51,103 nt of DNA from Gemmatimonadota bacterium (GTDB lineage: Bacteria; Gemmatimonadota; Gemmatimonadetes; Gemmatimonadales; GWC2-71-9), in assembly GCA_036679645.1 (NCBI GenBank), contig JAZDCY010000007.1:1-51103 (forward strand), written 5' to 3'. This document shows, in pieces, positions 34,120-44,949 of this stretch. The position numbers were made by a program, and so were the translations under genes. Positions within the stretch are counted from its first letter, which is position 1. The number at the start of each line of letters is the position of its first letter. The notes under the pieces are model-generated. The model did no database searches, was not told where the DNA came from, and was given only the letters and a program-made list of their open reading frames with translations.

Positions 34120-35250
34120 ATGTCATCCAACCTCGCCCTCGTCCTTTCCGGTGGCGGTGCTCGTGCCGCGTACCAGGTGGGTGTCCTCCGGGCCATCGGA
34201 GAACTCGCGCCAGAGTTGCGGTTTCCCATCGTCACGGGCGTCTCGGCCGGTGCGATCAACACGGTCAGCCTTGCGGCGAGCGCCGGCCCGCTGCCGCGGG
34301 CGGTGGAGGAACTCGAGGAGTGCTGGCGGCAGCTCACGACAGACCAGGTCTACTGCATCCAGCCGATGTCGGTCGTGGGCGCGGTCTTGCGTCTGGCCCG
34401 CGACTTCGTGATAGGGAGGAAGTCCGGTCCGCCGGCTGTACGGGGGCTGCTGGGGACGGGCCCGCTCCGAGCCTTCCTGACCTCATCCGTGCAGCTCTGC
34501 GGGATCGAGCGCAACGTGGCGAACGGCACGCTTCGCGCGGTCGCCCTGAGCGCGACCTCGTATACCACGGGGTGGACGGTGACCTTCGTGCAGGGGGGGC
34601 CGAACGTTCCCATGTGGACACGTGCGCAGCGTATGTCAGTACACACGCAGCTCACGCTAGATCATGTGATCGCGTCTGCCGCAATCCCCATTGTCTTTCC
34701 GGCGGTCCGTATAGGGGCGGAGTACTTCGGCGACGGCAGCGTGCGCCAGGCAGCGCCGCTCGCGCCCGCCATCCACCTGGGCGCCGAGCGCGTCATAGCA
34801 ATAGGAATGCGCGCGCCGCGTCCGCCGTCCGTTCCGGTTTCGGGTGACCCCTGCTACCCGTCGTCGGCAGAGGTTTTCGGACTCTTACTGAACTCCGTGT
34901 TCCTCGACTCGCTCGATACCGATGCGGAACGCCTCGAGCGCCTCAACGGGGTGCTTGCTGCGGGCACGGTGCCGACCGACGACCCGAGTCTGTTGCGCCG
35001 GGTGGAGCTGCTGGTGCTCCGACCGAGTCGCGATCTCGGTGCTATGGCTCGGGGCTACGAGGTGCGACTGCCGCCATCGATCTCCCTGCTCGTGCGTGCA
35101 ATGGGCGGTCGACGAAGTGGGGCATCGGACCTGGTGAGCTACCTGCTGTTCGACCCGACGTTCACGTCCGATCTCGTGACCCTCGGCTACGAAGACACGA
35201 TCGCGCGTAGAGCCGATGTCGAAGCCTTCCTCAACGGAGACACGCCATGA
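34120..35250 (+). CDS. Patatin-like phospholipase
   Basis: GGGARAAYQ, GVSAG nucleophile, ASAAIP and DGS motifs. Confidence 0.9.
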   Translation: MSSNLALVLSGGGARAAYQVGVLRAIGELAPELRFPIVTGVSAGAINTVSLAASAGPLPRAVEELEECWRQLTTDQVYCIQPMSVVGAVLRLARDFVIGRKSGPPAVRGLLGTGPLRAFLTSSVQLCGIERNVANGTLRAVALSATSYTTGWTVTFVQGGPNVPMWTRAQRMSVHTQLTLDHVIASAAIPIVFPAVRIGAEYFGDGSVRQAAPLAPAIHLGAERVIAIGMRAPRPPSVPVSGDPCYPSSAEVFGLLLNSVFLDSLDTDAERLERLNGVLAAGTVPTDDPSLLRRVELLVLRPSRDLGAMARGYEVRLPPSISLLVRAMGGRRSGASDLVSYLLFDPTFTSDLVTLGYEDTIARRADVEAFLNGDTP

Positions 35251-35312
35251 GCAGTCGCGTAGGCCTGCCGTTGCGAACCGCTGCGCCCGGCAACCACGGG
35301 TTTACCCGCGGA

Positions 35313-38093
35313 TCAACCTCCAACCATATCTCGCAACACATACTGTAGAATCCCGCCGTGACGGTAGTACTCTACCTCGATGGCGCTATCGAGTCGCACG
35401 GTCGCGTCAAACGACGCCACCTCCCCATCCGCTCCCGTGGCTACGACCCGCAGCACGCATCCCGGCTCCAGCCCATCCGCGATACCGGTAATCGTGAATC
35501 GTTCGGTTCCCGTCAATCCAAAATCGTCTGCGCGTTTGCCGTCGGGAAACTGCAACGGCAGCACACCCATCCCGATGAGATTCGAGCGGTGAATGCGTTC
35601 GTAGCTCGTGGCGATGACCGCGCGTACGCCCAGGAGGCCCGTTCCCTTGGCCGCCCAGTCGCGCGAACTGCCCGTGCCGTACTCGGATCCCGCGAGCACC
35701 ACGAGCGGCGTCGCAGATTCGAGATAGCGCATGGCGGCGTCGTAGATCGAGATCTTGTCTCCGCTCGGGATGTGGACGGTCCAGTTGCCCTCGGTTCCTT
35801 CGACGAGCCGGTTCTTGATCCGGATGTTGCCGAACGTGCCGCGCATCATCACGTCGTGATTGCCGCGTCGCGATCCGAACGTGTTGAAGTCGACGGGCTT
35901 CACGCCGCGCTCGATCAACCACGCGCCGGCCGGGCCGTCTTTGGGAATCGCGCCCGCGGGCGAGATGTGATCTGTCGTTACCGAGTCGCCGAGCCAGACG
36001 AGGGCATATGCCTTCTCGATGTCTCGCATTGGTGCCGGATTAGGTGCTAGGTCGGCAAAGAAGGGTGGGTCGGCGATATAGGTCGATGTCGCATCCCACG
36101 CGTAGCGGCCATCAGCACCTTCCGGTACCGGCAGCGCTTTCCACGCGTCCGTGCCCTCGAAAACGGTCGCATACTCGGTCGTGAACATCTCGGGTTTCAA
36201 GGCAGATGAGACGGCCGCAGCGATTTGGTCGTGCGTCGGCCAGATGTCCTCGAGGTAGACCGGCTTACCGTCCAGTCCCTCGCCCAGCGGCTCGGTCGTG
36301 AGGTCCACGTCCACCCGCCCCGCCAGGGCGTACGCCACCACCAGCATGGGCGACGCCAGGTAGTTGGCGCGCACGTGGGGGTGGATCCGCGCCTCGAAGT
36401 TCCGATTGCCGGACAGGACGGCAGCGGCCACCAGCTCGTGCTCGCCAATCGCCCGTGCGATCGGCTCCGCCAGCGGGCCGCTGTTGCCGATGCAAGTGGT
36501 GCAGCCGTATCCGACGACGTGGAAACCCAATGTCTCCAGATCGCTCAGCAATCCCGCTTCCCGCAGATAGGCCGTTACCACCTTCGAGCCCGGGGCCATG
36601 CTCGTCTTCACCCACGGGCGGCGCCGGAGACCCTTCTTGATGGCGTTCCGCGCGACCAACCCTGCTCCGATCATGACCGACGGGTTCGACGTGTTGGTGC
36701 AACTGGTGATGGCCGCAATCACGACCGACCCGTCGTGCAGGCTGAAACGACCGCCCTCGTACTCCACATCAGCCGCCGTCGCGATCTCGCGTGAGACGGC
36801 GGCACTGGTTGCCGCGGGCGTGTGGCCGCCCTCTCCCGCCCACGCCGCACTCTCGTGTTCCGGCGCCGCTCGTCGCCGGGCGCTGGCTGGAATGAGGTTG
36901 GGAAGCACCTGGTGGAATGCGTCGCTCATCTCGCGCAGGAGAATGCGGTCCTGCGGCCGGCGCGGTCCGGCAAGCGACGGCTCGACCGTTGCCAGATCCA
37001 GTTCCACGACGCTCGAGTACTCGGGGTGCGGCGAGTCCGGAGTGTGGAACAACCGCTGCGCCGTGCAGTAGCGTTCGACCAGCTCGATCAGTTCGGGTGG
37101 GCGACCGGTGCGCGCCAGGTAGCGGAGCGTTTCGTGATCTACAGGGAAGAACCCCATGGTCGCGCCGTATTCCGGCGACATGTTGGCGAGCGTCGCCCGG
37201 TCGGCAAGTCCCAGTGCAGCCAGCCCGTCGCCAAAGAACTCCACGAACCGGCCCACCACGCCGTGCCGCCGCAGCATCTGCGTGACGACCAAAACCAGAT
37301 CCGTAGCGGTCGCACCGGCGGGCAACGATCCGGTAAGCCGCATGCCCACGACCTCGGGCAGTTGCATGAAGTACGGTTGGCCCAGCATGACGGCCTCGGC
37401 CTCGATGCCACCCACTCCCCAACCCATCACGCCCAGGCTGTTGATCATGGTAGTGTGAGAATCCGTCCCGACGAGCGTGTCAGGGAAAGCCATGCGCTCG
37501 CCGTCTTTCTCGACGAGACGTACGACGCTCGCGAGATACTCCAGGTTCACCTGGTGGACGATGCCGGTCCCGGGCGGGACGACGTTGAAATCGTCGAACG
37601 CCTGTTGCGCCCAGCGCAGCAACTGGTAACGTTCGCCGTTGCGCTGCATCTCGCGCTCCACATTGAGCGCGAACGCCTGCGACGTGCCGAAGAAATCGAC
37701 CTGTACGGAGTGGTCGATGACCAGATCGGTGCGCACCAGCGGGTTGATCCGCTGCGGATCGCCACCCAGCAGTGCTATGGCGTCGCGCATCGCAGCCAGA
37801 TCGACGACCGCCGGGACGCCGGTGAAGTCCTGCAACACGACGCGGCCTGGCATAAACGGGATCTCGAGCGACCGGTCCGGCGCCGGGCGCCAATTTGCCG
37901 CCGCGCGCACGTGCGCTTCGGTGATGATACCGGTGCCCGCATTGCGCAGGATGTTTTCCAGCAGGACACGAATCGAGAACGGCAGACGATCCAGCTCCAC
38001 GAGACCGGCGCGCTCGAGAGCATCGAGGCCAAAGATGGTCGCCGGGCCGTCAGGGAGGTCTATGGTCGTACGGGAATCGAAGGGGTTAGTCAT
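35313..38093 (-). CDS. acnA: Aconitate hydratase A
   Basis: [44 protein letters not shown] and GSSRDWAAK motifs; start set at MTNPFD. Confidence 0.97.
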   Translation of the reverse strand: MTNPFDSRTTIDLPDGPATIFGLDALERAGLVELDRLPFSIRVLLENILRNAGTGIITEAHVRAAANWRPAPDRSLEIPFMPGRVVLQDFTGVPAVVDLAAMRDAIALLGGDPQRINPLVRTDLVIDHSVQVDFFGTSQAFALNVEREMQRNGERYQLLRWAQQAFDDFNVVPPGTGIVHQVNLEYLASVVRLVEKDGERMAFPDTLVGTDSHTTMINSLGVMGWGVGGIEAEAVMLGQPYFMQLPEVVGMRLTGSLPAGATATDLVLVVTQMLRRHGVVGRFVEFFGDGLAALGLADRATLANMSPEYGATMGFFPVDHETLRYLARTGRPPELIELVERYCTAQRLFHTPDSPHPEYSSVVELDLATVEPSLAGPRRPQDRILLREMSDAFHQVLPNLIPASARRRAAPEHESAAWAGEGGHTPAATSAAVSREIATAADVEYEGGRFSLHDGSVVIAAITSCTNTSNPSVMIGAGLVARNAIKKGLRRRPWVKTSMAPGSKVVTAYLREAGLLSDLETLGFHVVGYGCTTCIGNSGPLAEPIARAIGEHELVAAAVLSGNRNFEARIHPHVRANYLASPMLVVAYALAGRVDVDLTTEPLGEGLDGKPVYLEDIWPTHDQIAAAVSSALKPEMFTTEYATVFEGTDAWKALPVPEGADGRYAWDATSTYIADPPFFADLAPNPAPMRDIEKAYALVWLGDSVTTDHISPAGAIPKDGPAGAWLIERGVKPVDFNTFGSRRGNHDVMMRGTFGNIRIKNRLVEGTEGNWTVHIPSGDKISIYDAAMRYLESATPLVVLAGSEYGTGSSRDWAAKGTGLLGVRAVIATSYERIHRSNLIGMGVLPLQFPDGKRADDFGLTGTERFTITGIADGLEPGCVLRVVATGADGEVASFDATVRLDSAIEVEYYRHGGILQYVLRDMVGG

Positions 38094-38170
38094 GGTTGAA
38101 AGATAGGCGGCATCGCGTCTATCTTCCATCCGCCCATACACCAACGCCCGCCCGTGAGGAACTCGCCTTC

Positions 38171-40195
38171 ATGGCAGAGCCCGTCACCGTAACCCAGCCG
38201 GTCGACATCGATACGCTCTGTATCAACACGCTTCGTACCCTGGCGATGGACGCGGTCCAGGCGGCCAACAGCGGCCATCCCGGCGCCCCAATGGGCCTGG
38301 CACCGCTTGGCTACGTGCTCTGGACGCGGCATCTGCGACACAACCCCGCAGACCCCCACTGGCCTGGCCGCGACCGGTTCGTGCTGTCGGCGGGGCACGC
38401 CTCGATGCTCCTCTACGGGCTGCTGCATCTCACCGGGTACGACCTGTCACTCGACGAGATCCGCAACTTTCGCCAGTGGGGCAGCCGGACGCCGGGGCAT
38501 CCGGAGTACGGTGACACGCCCGGGGTCGAGACGACCACGGGTCCCTTGGGACAGGGGTTCGCCAACGCCGTCGGTATGGCGATCGCCGAAGCCCATCTCG
38601 CGGCACGCTTCAACGAGGCGGGGCACGAGATAGTGGACCACCGGACGTATGTCATCGTGAGTGACGGTGACCTGATGGAAGGCATTTCGCACGAGGCGGC
38701 GTCGCTTGCGGGACACCTGCACCTCGGGAAGCTGGTGGCACTGTACGACGACAACCGCATCACGATCGACGGATCGACCGATCTCACGTATTCCGACGAC
38801 GTCGCCGGCCGGTTTGAGGCGTACGGGTGGCACGTGGTGACTGTCGAGGACGGAAACGATACCGAGGCACTCGATAAGGCCGTAACAGAGGCGAAGGACG
38901 ACACGCGACGCCCGTCACTCGTGATCGTGCGCACGCACATTGGGTTCGGCAGTCCCAACAAGCAGGATACCGCCGCCGCGCACGGCGCGCCCCTTGGCGA
39001 GGAGGAAATCCAACTCACCAAGCGGCAGTTGGGTTGGCAGTGGAGCGAGCCGTTCCACGTTCCCGACGAAGCACGGGACCATTGGGGCAAGGCGCGTAAC
39101 CGGGGCGAGGCGAGACAGTCGGTGTGGGAGAAGCGGTACGACGCCTATCGCTCGACGTATGGAGATCGTGGAGAGGAGTTGGACCGCCGGCTGCGGGGCG
39201 AACTCCCCTCCGGATGGCTCGATGCGGTGCCCGATCTCTCCGCCATCGACAAGCCGATGGCGACTCGTAAGGCCTCGGGTCTGGTGCTCAACGCCGTTGC
39301 GTCTCGGATTCCGGAGCTGGTCGGCGGGTCCGCCGACTTGAGCGGCTCAAACAATACGACCCTCTCCGACGCCGGCGTGTTCTCGGCGGAACACTATGAG
39401 GGGCGCAACGTCTGCTTCGGTGTCCGGGAGCACGGGATGGGCGGCGTGCTCAACGGGATGGCGCTGCACGGCGGCATCATTCCCTACGGAGGGACGTTCC
39501 TTATTTTCGCCGACTACATGCGGCCGGCAATGCGCCTGGCGGCGATGATGCGCCAGCACGTCATCTACGTCTTCACCCACGACTCGATTGGACTCGGAGA
39601 GGACGGCCCGACCCACCAACCGATCGAAACGATCACCGCGTTGCGCGCAATTCCGGGCCTGGTGGTGATCCGACCGGCGGACGCGGTCGAGACCGCCTAC
39701 GCCTGGCAGGTGGCGCTATCGCGCCGGGACGGCCCCGTGGCGCTGGTCCTGACGCGGCAAAGCGTTCCGCCCATAGAGCGTCCCCCCAAAGCGGTCAGTG
39801 GTCTTCTGAACGGCGCCTACGTGATCGCCGCGGAAAGCGGCAAACTGCCCGCAGCCGTACTGATCGCGACCGGTTCCGAAGTGCACGTGGCGGTTGAAGC
39901 GCACGCCAGGCTGCGGGAAGAGGACATCGACGTGCGCGTGGTGAGCATGCCTAGCCAGGAGCTCTTCGCCCGCGAGCCCGCACGCTATCGGGAGAAAGTT
40001 CTCCCCGCGGCAGTAACCGCGCGGCTAGCCATCGAAGCGGGGGCGCCCGATTCGTGGGCCCGCTGGGTGGGGGACGCCGGGGACGTCATTGGGATGGAGT
40101 GGTTCGGCGCGTCCGCGCCAGCGGGGCGTCTCTTCAAGGAGTTTGGTTTCACGGCCCGCGAGGTGGTCCGCCGCACCAAAGCGCTGCTCGCGTGA
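38171..40195 (+). CDS. tkt: Transketolase
   Basis: [27 protein letters not shown] and [16 protein letters not shown] motifs; gagga RBS. Confidence 0.97.
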   Translation: MAEPVTVTQPVDIDTLCINTLRTLAMDAVQAANSGHPGAPMGLAPLGYVLWTRHLRHNPADPHWPGRDRFVLSAGHASMLLYGLLHLTGYDLSLDEIRNFRQWGSRTPGHPEYGDTPGVETTTGPLGQGFANAVGMAIAEAHLAARFNEAGHEIVDHRTYVIVSDGDLMEGISHEAASLAGHLHLGKLVALYDDNRITIDGSTDLTYSDDVAGRFEAYGWHVVTVEDGNDTEALDKAVTEAKDDTRRPSLVIVRTHIGFGSPNKQDTAAAHGAPLGEEEIQLTKRQLGWQWSEPFHVPDEARDHWGKARNRGEARQSVWEKRYDAYRSTYGDRGEELDRRLRGELPSGWLDAVPDLSAIDKPMATRKASGLVLNAVASRIPELVGGSADLSGSNNTTLSDAGVFSAEHYEGRNVCFGVREHGMGGVLNGMALHGGIIPYGGTFLIFADYMRPAMRLAAMMRQHVIYVFTHDSIGLGEDGPTHQPIETITALRAIPGLVVIRPADAVETAYAWQVALSRRDGPVALVLTRQSVPPIERPPKAVSGLLNGAYVIAAESGKLPAAVLIATGSEVHVAVEAHARLREEDIDVRVVSMPSQELFAREPARYREKVLPAAVTARLAIEAGAPDSWARWVGDAGDVIGMEWFGASAPAGRLFKEFGFTAREVVRRTKALLA

Positions 40196-41742
40196 TCCTG
40201 TTGCGGCTCGGCCCGCTTGCCGACAAAGTGTCCGCGCGCCTCGCGCGCGCCCGCGACGAGCATCTCGTGCAGCGCATACTGGACAGGGATTCCACCGTCT
40301 GGTCCCACGATCCAAATACACTGGAGATTCGTGACCGGTTGGGTTGGCTCGACTTGCCGCGCTCGATGCGCTCGGAGATCGGCCATTTGGAGCGATTCGC
40401 CGACGAGGCGCGTGGAGAGGTTGACCGCGTGGTGCTATGCGGCATGGGGGGGTCGAGTCTCGCGCCGGAGGTCTTGTGGCACGTATTTGGGCGGCGCGAC
40501 GGGTTTCCGCGTTTCACGTTGCTGGATAGCACGCACCCACGGGCGGTAGCTGAAGCCGGGACGACGCTCGACAAATCGCTGTTCGTCATTGCATCGAAGA
40601 GCGGTACCACGATCGAGACGGCCAGCTTCGAACGGTACTTCTGGGAGCGCACCGGCCGTGACGGACACCGGTTCGTCGCGATCACCGATCCCGACACCGA
40701 GTTGGCGCACCGGGCGCGCGAACGCAACTATCGACGCGTGTTCGCGAACCCGCCCGACATAGGGGGCCGGTACTCCGCACTGTCGCTCTTTGGGCTCGTC
40801 CCCGCGACACTCCTCGGGATAGATGCGAGTGCGTTGTTGGCGTCTGCCGCCGACGTGGACTTTGATGATTTCCTGCACCTGGGTGTGGCGATGGGCGTCG
40901 CCGCTCGGTCCGGTCGGGACAAGCTCGTCATTCGGTCCTCACCCACGCTCGCGCCGCTGGGTCTCTGGCTGGAGCAACTGATTGCCGAAAGCACGGGGAA
41001 AGACGGGAAGGGTGTGCTCCCCGTCCTCGATGCACATGACGTCGAGACCGCACCGGACGGAGGTGAGGGTGAGGGGGAGGGGGAGGGGGAGGGGGAGGGG
41101 GATCGGCTCAGTGTGCGTGTGGCGCTCGCGGGCGAGAAAGACACGGGAGACGGTATCGCTTCGCCCGCCATCGAGATCACGCTGTCCGACAGGTCACAAC
41201 TCGGTGCCCAGTTCCTGGGATGGGAGATGGCGACCGCGGTCGCCGCGCACGTGCTGGGTGTCCATCCTTTCAATCAACCCAATGTGACCGAAAGCAAGCT
41301 CAAGACGGCGCGCGCGCTCGAGCGAGCCCCGGAAACAGGGGAAGCTGATTCTGCGGATGCGTTTCGCGCGTGGCTGCAGGGGATAAGGCCGGGCGACTAT
41401 GTTGCGGTCGCCGTCTTTTCCCCGCCGTGTGAAGCAACCGATCGGCGGCTTGGAGCGATGCAACGGGCGCTCAATCGCGCGTGCGGCGTGGCCGTGACCA
41501 TGGGGTACGGCCCGCGCTACCTGCACTCGACGGGGCAGTTTCACAAGGGCGGGCCGCCCACGGGTCACTATCTTCAGGTGGTCGAGGACGCGGCGGAAGA
41601 CGTTGCGATCCCGGGTGAGGCATACGGGTTTGCACGGCTCATTGGCGCCCAGGCGGCGGGTGACCGGGAGGCGCTCAGCGCCCGTGGGCGGCCGATCGTT
41701 CGTGTCGGATGGGATCTTCTCGAGCAGGAGTTAGGGGTATGA
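40192..41742 (+). CDS. pgi: Glucose-6-phosphate isomerase (type usually fused to transaldolase)
   Basis: [40 protein letters not shown] and HSTGQ motifs; GTG overlaps the tkt stop. Confidence 0.85.
   Translation: MILLRLGPLADKVSARLARARDEHLVQRILDRDSTVWSHDPNTLEIRDRLGWLDLPRSMRSEIGHLERFADEARGEVDRVVLCGMGGSSLAPEVLWHVFGRRDGFPRFTLLDSTHPRAVAEAGTTLDKSLFVIASKSGTTIETASFERYFWERTGRDGHRFVAITDPDTELAHRARERNYRRVFANPPDIGGRYSALSLFGLVPATLLGIDASALLASAADVDFDDFLHLGVAMGVAARSGRDKLVIRSSPTLAPLGLWLEQLIAESTGKDGKGVLPVLDAHDVETAPDGGEGEGEGEGEGEGDRLSVRVALAGEKDTGDGIASPAIEITLSDRSQLGAQFLGWEMATAVAAHVLGVHPFNQPNVTESKLKTARALERAPETGEADSADAFRAWLQGIRPGDYVAVAVFSPPCEATDRRLGAMQRALNRACGVAVTMGYGPRYLHSTGQFHKGGPPTGHYLQVVEDAAEDVAIPGEAYGFARLIGAQAAGDREALSARGRPIVRVGWDLLEQELGV
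41062..41100 (+). repeat. In-frame hexamer repeat (GGTGAG)2(GGGGAG)4 encoding (GE)6
   Basis: Counted directly within the pgi coding sequence. Confidence 0.9.
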
Positions 41743-42419
41743 CCGATGCAAAGCTGACGGCGAAACGAGATGCCGCGCTCCGGGCCGTCGATTTCGTCGA
41801 GTCCGGGATGATCGTCGGATTGGGTACCGGATCAACCGCGGCGCTCGTGGTCGAGGAAATTGCGCGGCGATTGAGTGACGGCGCGTTGCGCGACATCGTG
41901 GGCGTACCGACATCGAATGCGACACATCAACAGGCTCTCCTGCACGGTGTACCTCTTACCACGTTGGACGATGCGCCCGCGGTGGATCTCACAATAGACG
42001 GAGCCGACGAGGTGGACCCCGACGGCAACCTCATCAAAGGTCTTGGCGGGGCGCTGCTGCGCGAGAAGATGGTCGCCTCTGCGTCCAAAATGCTCGTGAT
42101 CGTGGTGGATGAATCGAAGCTCGTGCCCCGCCTGGGGACTCGAGCGCCGCTCCCCGTCGAGGTCGTCTCGTTCGGTGCGGGGAGTCATGACGCGGCCCTG
42201 CGCGCGTTGGGTGCCGTTCCGACTCTCCGAGTCGGTGATGATGGGAAGCCGTACACCACCGACGAGGGCCACCGCATCATCGATTGCAGGTTCGCGTCCG
42301 GGATCGAAGACCCGACAGCCCTCGAGCGCGCCCTGCGTGAACGGGCCGGGATCGTAGGAACGGGGCTGTTTCTCGGGATGAGCCCCGAGGTGATCGTAGG
42401 GAAGCCGCCCGCAGAGTGA
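41739..42419 (+). CDS. rpiA: Ribose-5-phosphate isomerase A
   Basis: GLGTGST, DGADEVD and IKGLGGALLREK motifs; ATGA overlap with pgi. Confidence 0.96.
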   Translation: MTDAKLTAKRDAALRAVDFVESGMIVGLGTGSTAALVVEEIARRLSDGALRDIVGVPTSNATHQQALLHGVPLTTLDDAPAVDLTIDGADEVDPDGNLIKGLGGALLREKMVASASKMLVIVVDESKLVPRLGTRAPLPVEVVSFGAGSHDAALRALGAVPTLRVGDDGKPYTTDEGHRIIDCRFASGIEDPTALERALRERAGIVGTGLFLGMSPEVIVGKPPAE

Positions 42420-43084
42420 AGCGTTACCTCCCTATCGTCGTCGGGCTGGTAGTTGGCGCGGTCTGCGCCCGTCTGGGAGTGTGGCAACTCGATCGTCTCG
42501 ATCAGCGCCGCACTTTCAATCGGGATGTGGAAGAGCGGTTGGCCATGGAGCCCATCGTGCTCGGGGAGGGGGCAGTGTCGGAAGATCTCGAGCACCGGCT
42601 GGTGACGGCCCGCGGCCGCTTCGATTTTGCCCGGCAGACGCTCGAGATGGCCCGATCGCATCGTGGCGCACCGGGCGCGTTCGTGCTCACACCTCTTATG
42701 ACCGACAGCGGGCCCATAGTGCTGGTGAATCGCGGGTGGACTTATGCGGCTGACGGCCGGTCGGTGGATCTGGCTGCACTCAGCGAACCGGAGACGACCA
42801 CGGTGAGCGGCGTGCTGCTCCGGCCGCGCCGGGACGGCCTGGGCGTGTCTCCCAGTGAGGTGATGACAGAAGGTGTGGTGATCCCATTTCTCCTGCGGCG
42901 GACCGAGCCACCAAATTCGATCCCCGCCGGACTCGTACCCCTCGACCTGCCCGCAGCGAGTGAGGGGCCGCATCTCTCCTACGCCGTGCAGTGGTTCTCG
43001 TTTGGCCTCATCGCCATCGTGGGCAGCATCATCCTGGTTCGCACACGAGGGGACGAATTGCCCGCCGCAGCCCGGAAGACTTGA
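42416..43084 (+). CDS. SURF1 family protein
   Basis: LGVWQLDR, VLTPL, LVNRGW and HLSYAVQWF motifs; N- and C-terminal TM helices. Confidence 0.9.
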   Translation: MKRYLPIVVGLVVGAVCARLGVWQLDRLDQRRTFNRDVEERLAMEPIVLGEGAVSEDLEHRLVTARGRFDFARQTLEMARSHRGAPGAFVLTPLMTDSGPIVLVNRGWTYAADGRSVDLAALSEPETTTVSGVLLRPRRDGLGVSPSEVMTEGVVIPFLLRRTEPPNSIPAGLVPLDLPAASEGPHLSYAVQWFSFGLIAIVGSIILVRTRGDELPAAARKT

Positions 43085-43136
43085 CACGCCGCGTCCCGCG
43101 GCGCAGTGTCGCGCAGGGATCTTCCGGAGCAAACCA

Positions 43137-44429
43137 ATGTTGTATTCTCGCCGCGATTTTCTGAGCTCGGTCGTCGCCGCGTCAGCGACGATCCCAGCAC
43201 TCAAAGACGATGGTATCCGTCGCATCGGGCGCGCCGTCTCGCGAGTCGACGGGCGGGCGCCCGCGGACGTAGCCGACGACGAGGATTTCTGGCTCGAGAT
43301 CCAGCAGGCGTTCACGCTGGACCGCACGCTGATCAACCTCAACAACGGTGGCGTGTGTCCCAGCCCGCGTGTGGTGCTCGATGCAATGCGACGCTACCTC
43401 GAGTTCTCCAATCAGGCGCCGGTGTATCACATGTGGCGTATTCTCGAGCCCCAAATCGAAGGCGTACGCCGGGAGCTGGCGCGGGAGTTCGGGTGCGATC
43501 CGGAAGAGATGGCGATTACCCGCAACGCCTCGGAAGCGCTCGAGATCTGTCAGCTTGGTACCAATCTCGAGCGCGGTGACGAGGTGCTCACGACAGATCA
43601 GGATTACGGACGCATGCTCACGACGTGGGATCAGCGTGCGCGTCGTGAGGGCATCGTCCTCAAGAAGGTGTCATTCCCCGATCCGCCGCCGAGCCCCCAA
43701 TACCTGGTGGAGATGTTCGAGCGTGCGATCACGCCACGCACCAAGGTGCTGCACTTCTGTCACATCACGAACCTGTCCGGCCAGATCTTTCCCGTGAGAG
43801 ATATCTGCCGCATGGCCCGGGCGCGCGGTATCCGTACGATCGTCGACGGGGCGCATGCGTTTGGGCATTTTCCCTTCACGCTCGCCGATCTGGAATGCGA
43901 CTGTTACGGCACGTCGCTCCACAAGTGGCTGCTCGCCCCAATCGGCACTGGGTTCCTATTCGTGCGGCGCGACCTGATTGCCGACGTGTGGCCCATGATG
44001 CCTGCGCCCGAGCGCATGAACGACGATATCCGGAAGTTCGAGGAGATCGGTACCCATCCCGCAGCGAATCACAACGCCATTGCCGAGGCAATGGCGTTCC
44101 ACCGTGGCATCGGGGGCGAGCGGAAAGCCGCACGACTGCGGTTCCTGCGAAACCGATGGATGCGTCGCTTGGAAGGGCAGCCGGGCGTGCGTCTCTACAC
44201 CAGCTTCGATCCGGCCCAATCGTGCGCGCTGGCCAACGTCGGGATCGAGGGCGTTGCGCCGGCGGATCTGACCAGCCACTTGTGGCGTACCAAACGCCTC
44301 ATCGTGACGCCGATCGGCCACGAAGCGTGTACCGGCATCCGCGTCACACCGAACGTCTACACGACCATCCGGGAACTCGACGTGTTCATTGAAGCGATGG
44401 AAGAGGTTATCCGGAACGGGTTGCCGTAG
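43137..44429 (+). CDS. Class V PLP-dependent aminotransferase (isopenicillin N epimerase-like) with Tat motif
   Basis: SRRDFL twin-arginine motif; LNNGG, TRNASE, VDGAH and SLHKWL (PLP lysine). Confidence 0.88.
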   Translation: MLYSRRDFLSSVVAASATIPALKDDGIRRIGRAVSRVDGRAPADVADDEDFWLEIQQAFTLDRTLINLNNGGVCPSPRVVLDAMRRYLEFSNQAPVYHMWRILEPQIEGVRRELAREFGCDPEEMAITRNASEALEICQLGTNLERGDEVLTTDQDYGRMLTTWDQRARREGIVLKKVSFPDPPPSPQYLVEMFERAITPRTKVLHFCHITNLSGQIFPVRDICRMARARGIRTIVDGAHAFGHFPFTLADLECDCYGTSLHKWLLAPIGTGFLFVRRDLIADVWPMMPAPERMNDDIRKFEEIGTHPAANHNAIAEAMAFHRGIGGERKAARLRFLRNRWMRRLEGQPGVRLYTSFDPAQSCALANVGIEGVAPADLTSHLWRTKRLIVTPIGHEACTGIRVTPNVYTTIRELDVFIEAMEEVIRNGLP

Positions 44430-44507
44430 GAATGTCGAACATCCAACGCTGAACGCTGATCGTTGGATGTTGGACATTCAACGTTCGACGTTCGACGTTC
44501 GACGTTC
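44430..44507. repeat. Heptamer (ACGTTCG) repeat/hairpin between convergent genes
   Basis: aacatccaacg...cgttggatgtt IR followed by acgttcgacgttcgacgttcgacgtt. Confidence 0.75.
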
Positions 44508-44509
44508 TC

Positions 44510-44932
44510 TCAGGCAGCCAAGTCGTCCAACCCAGCCTTCCCGACGGCTCCAACCGCTGTCTTCACCATCTCGCCATTCTCGAACCGGCCAAAAAACGGG
44601 ATACCCCGAATGTTGTACCGCTCACTGATCTTGGGTGCGCGGTCGGTGTCGACCTTCACGACGAGCAGGCGGCCGGCGGCGTCGTGGGCGATCTCGTCGA
44701 GGAACGGGGCCATCATACGGCACGGACCGCACCAGTCCGCGTAGAAGTCCACCAGCACCGGTATCTCCGACTCGAGCACGGTCTTGTCGAAATGCTCTTC
44801 ACTGACCTTGATGGGCCGATCGAGCAGGAACGGCTTGCCACATTCCGCGCACTTGGGTCCCTGATCCTTGCGATCGGGATCGATCTTGTTGAGCGTGTCG
44901 CAGAATTGACAGGGAATCGTTACGGTCGCCAT
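44510..44932 (-). CDS. trxC: Thioredoxin 2 with N-terminal zinc-binding motif
   Basis: CQFC...CAEC followed by VDFYADWCGPC; ggag RBS before ATG 44932. Confidence 0.9.
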   Translation of the reverse strand: MATVTIPCQFCDTLNKIDPDRKDQGPKCAECGKPFLLDRPIKVSEEHFDKTVLESEIPVLVDFYADWCGPCRMMAPFLDEIAHDAAGRLLVVKVDTDRAPKISERYNIRGIPFFGRFENGEMVKTAVGAVGKAGLDDLAA

Positions 44933-44949
44933 GTGATCTCCGATTGTGA

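Noticed and set aside
36770..36900. Apparent insertion in aconitase
   Set aside because: AcnA proteins commonly have a variable low-complexity linker here, and no intein or repeat signature is seen.
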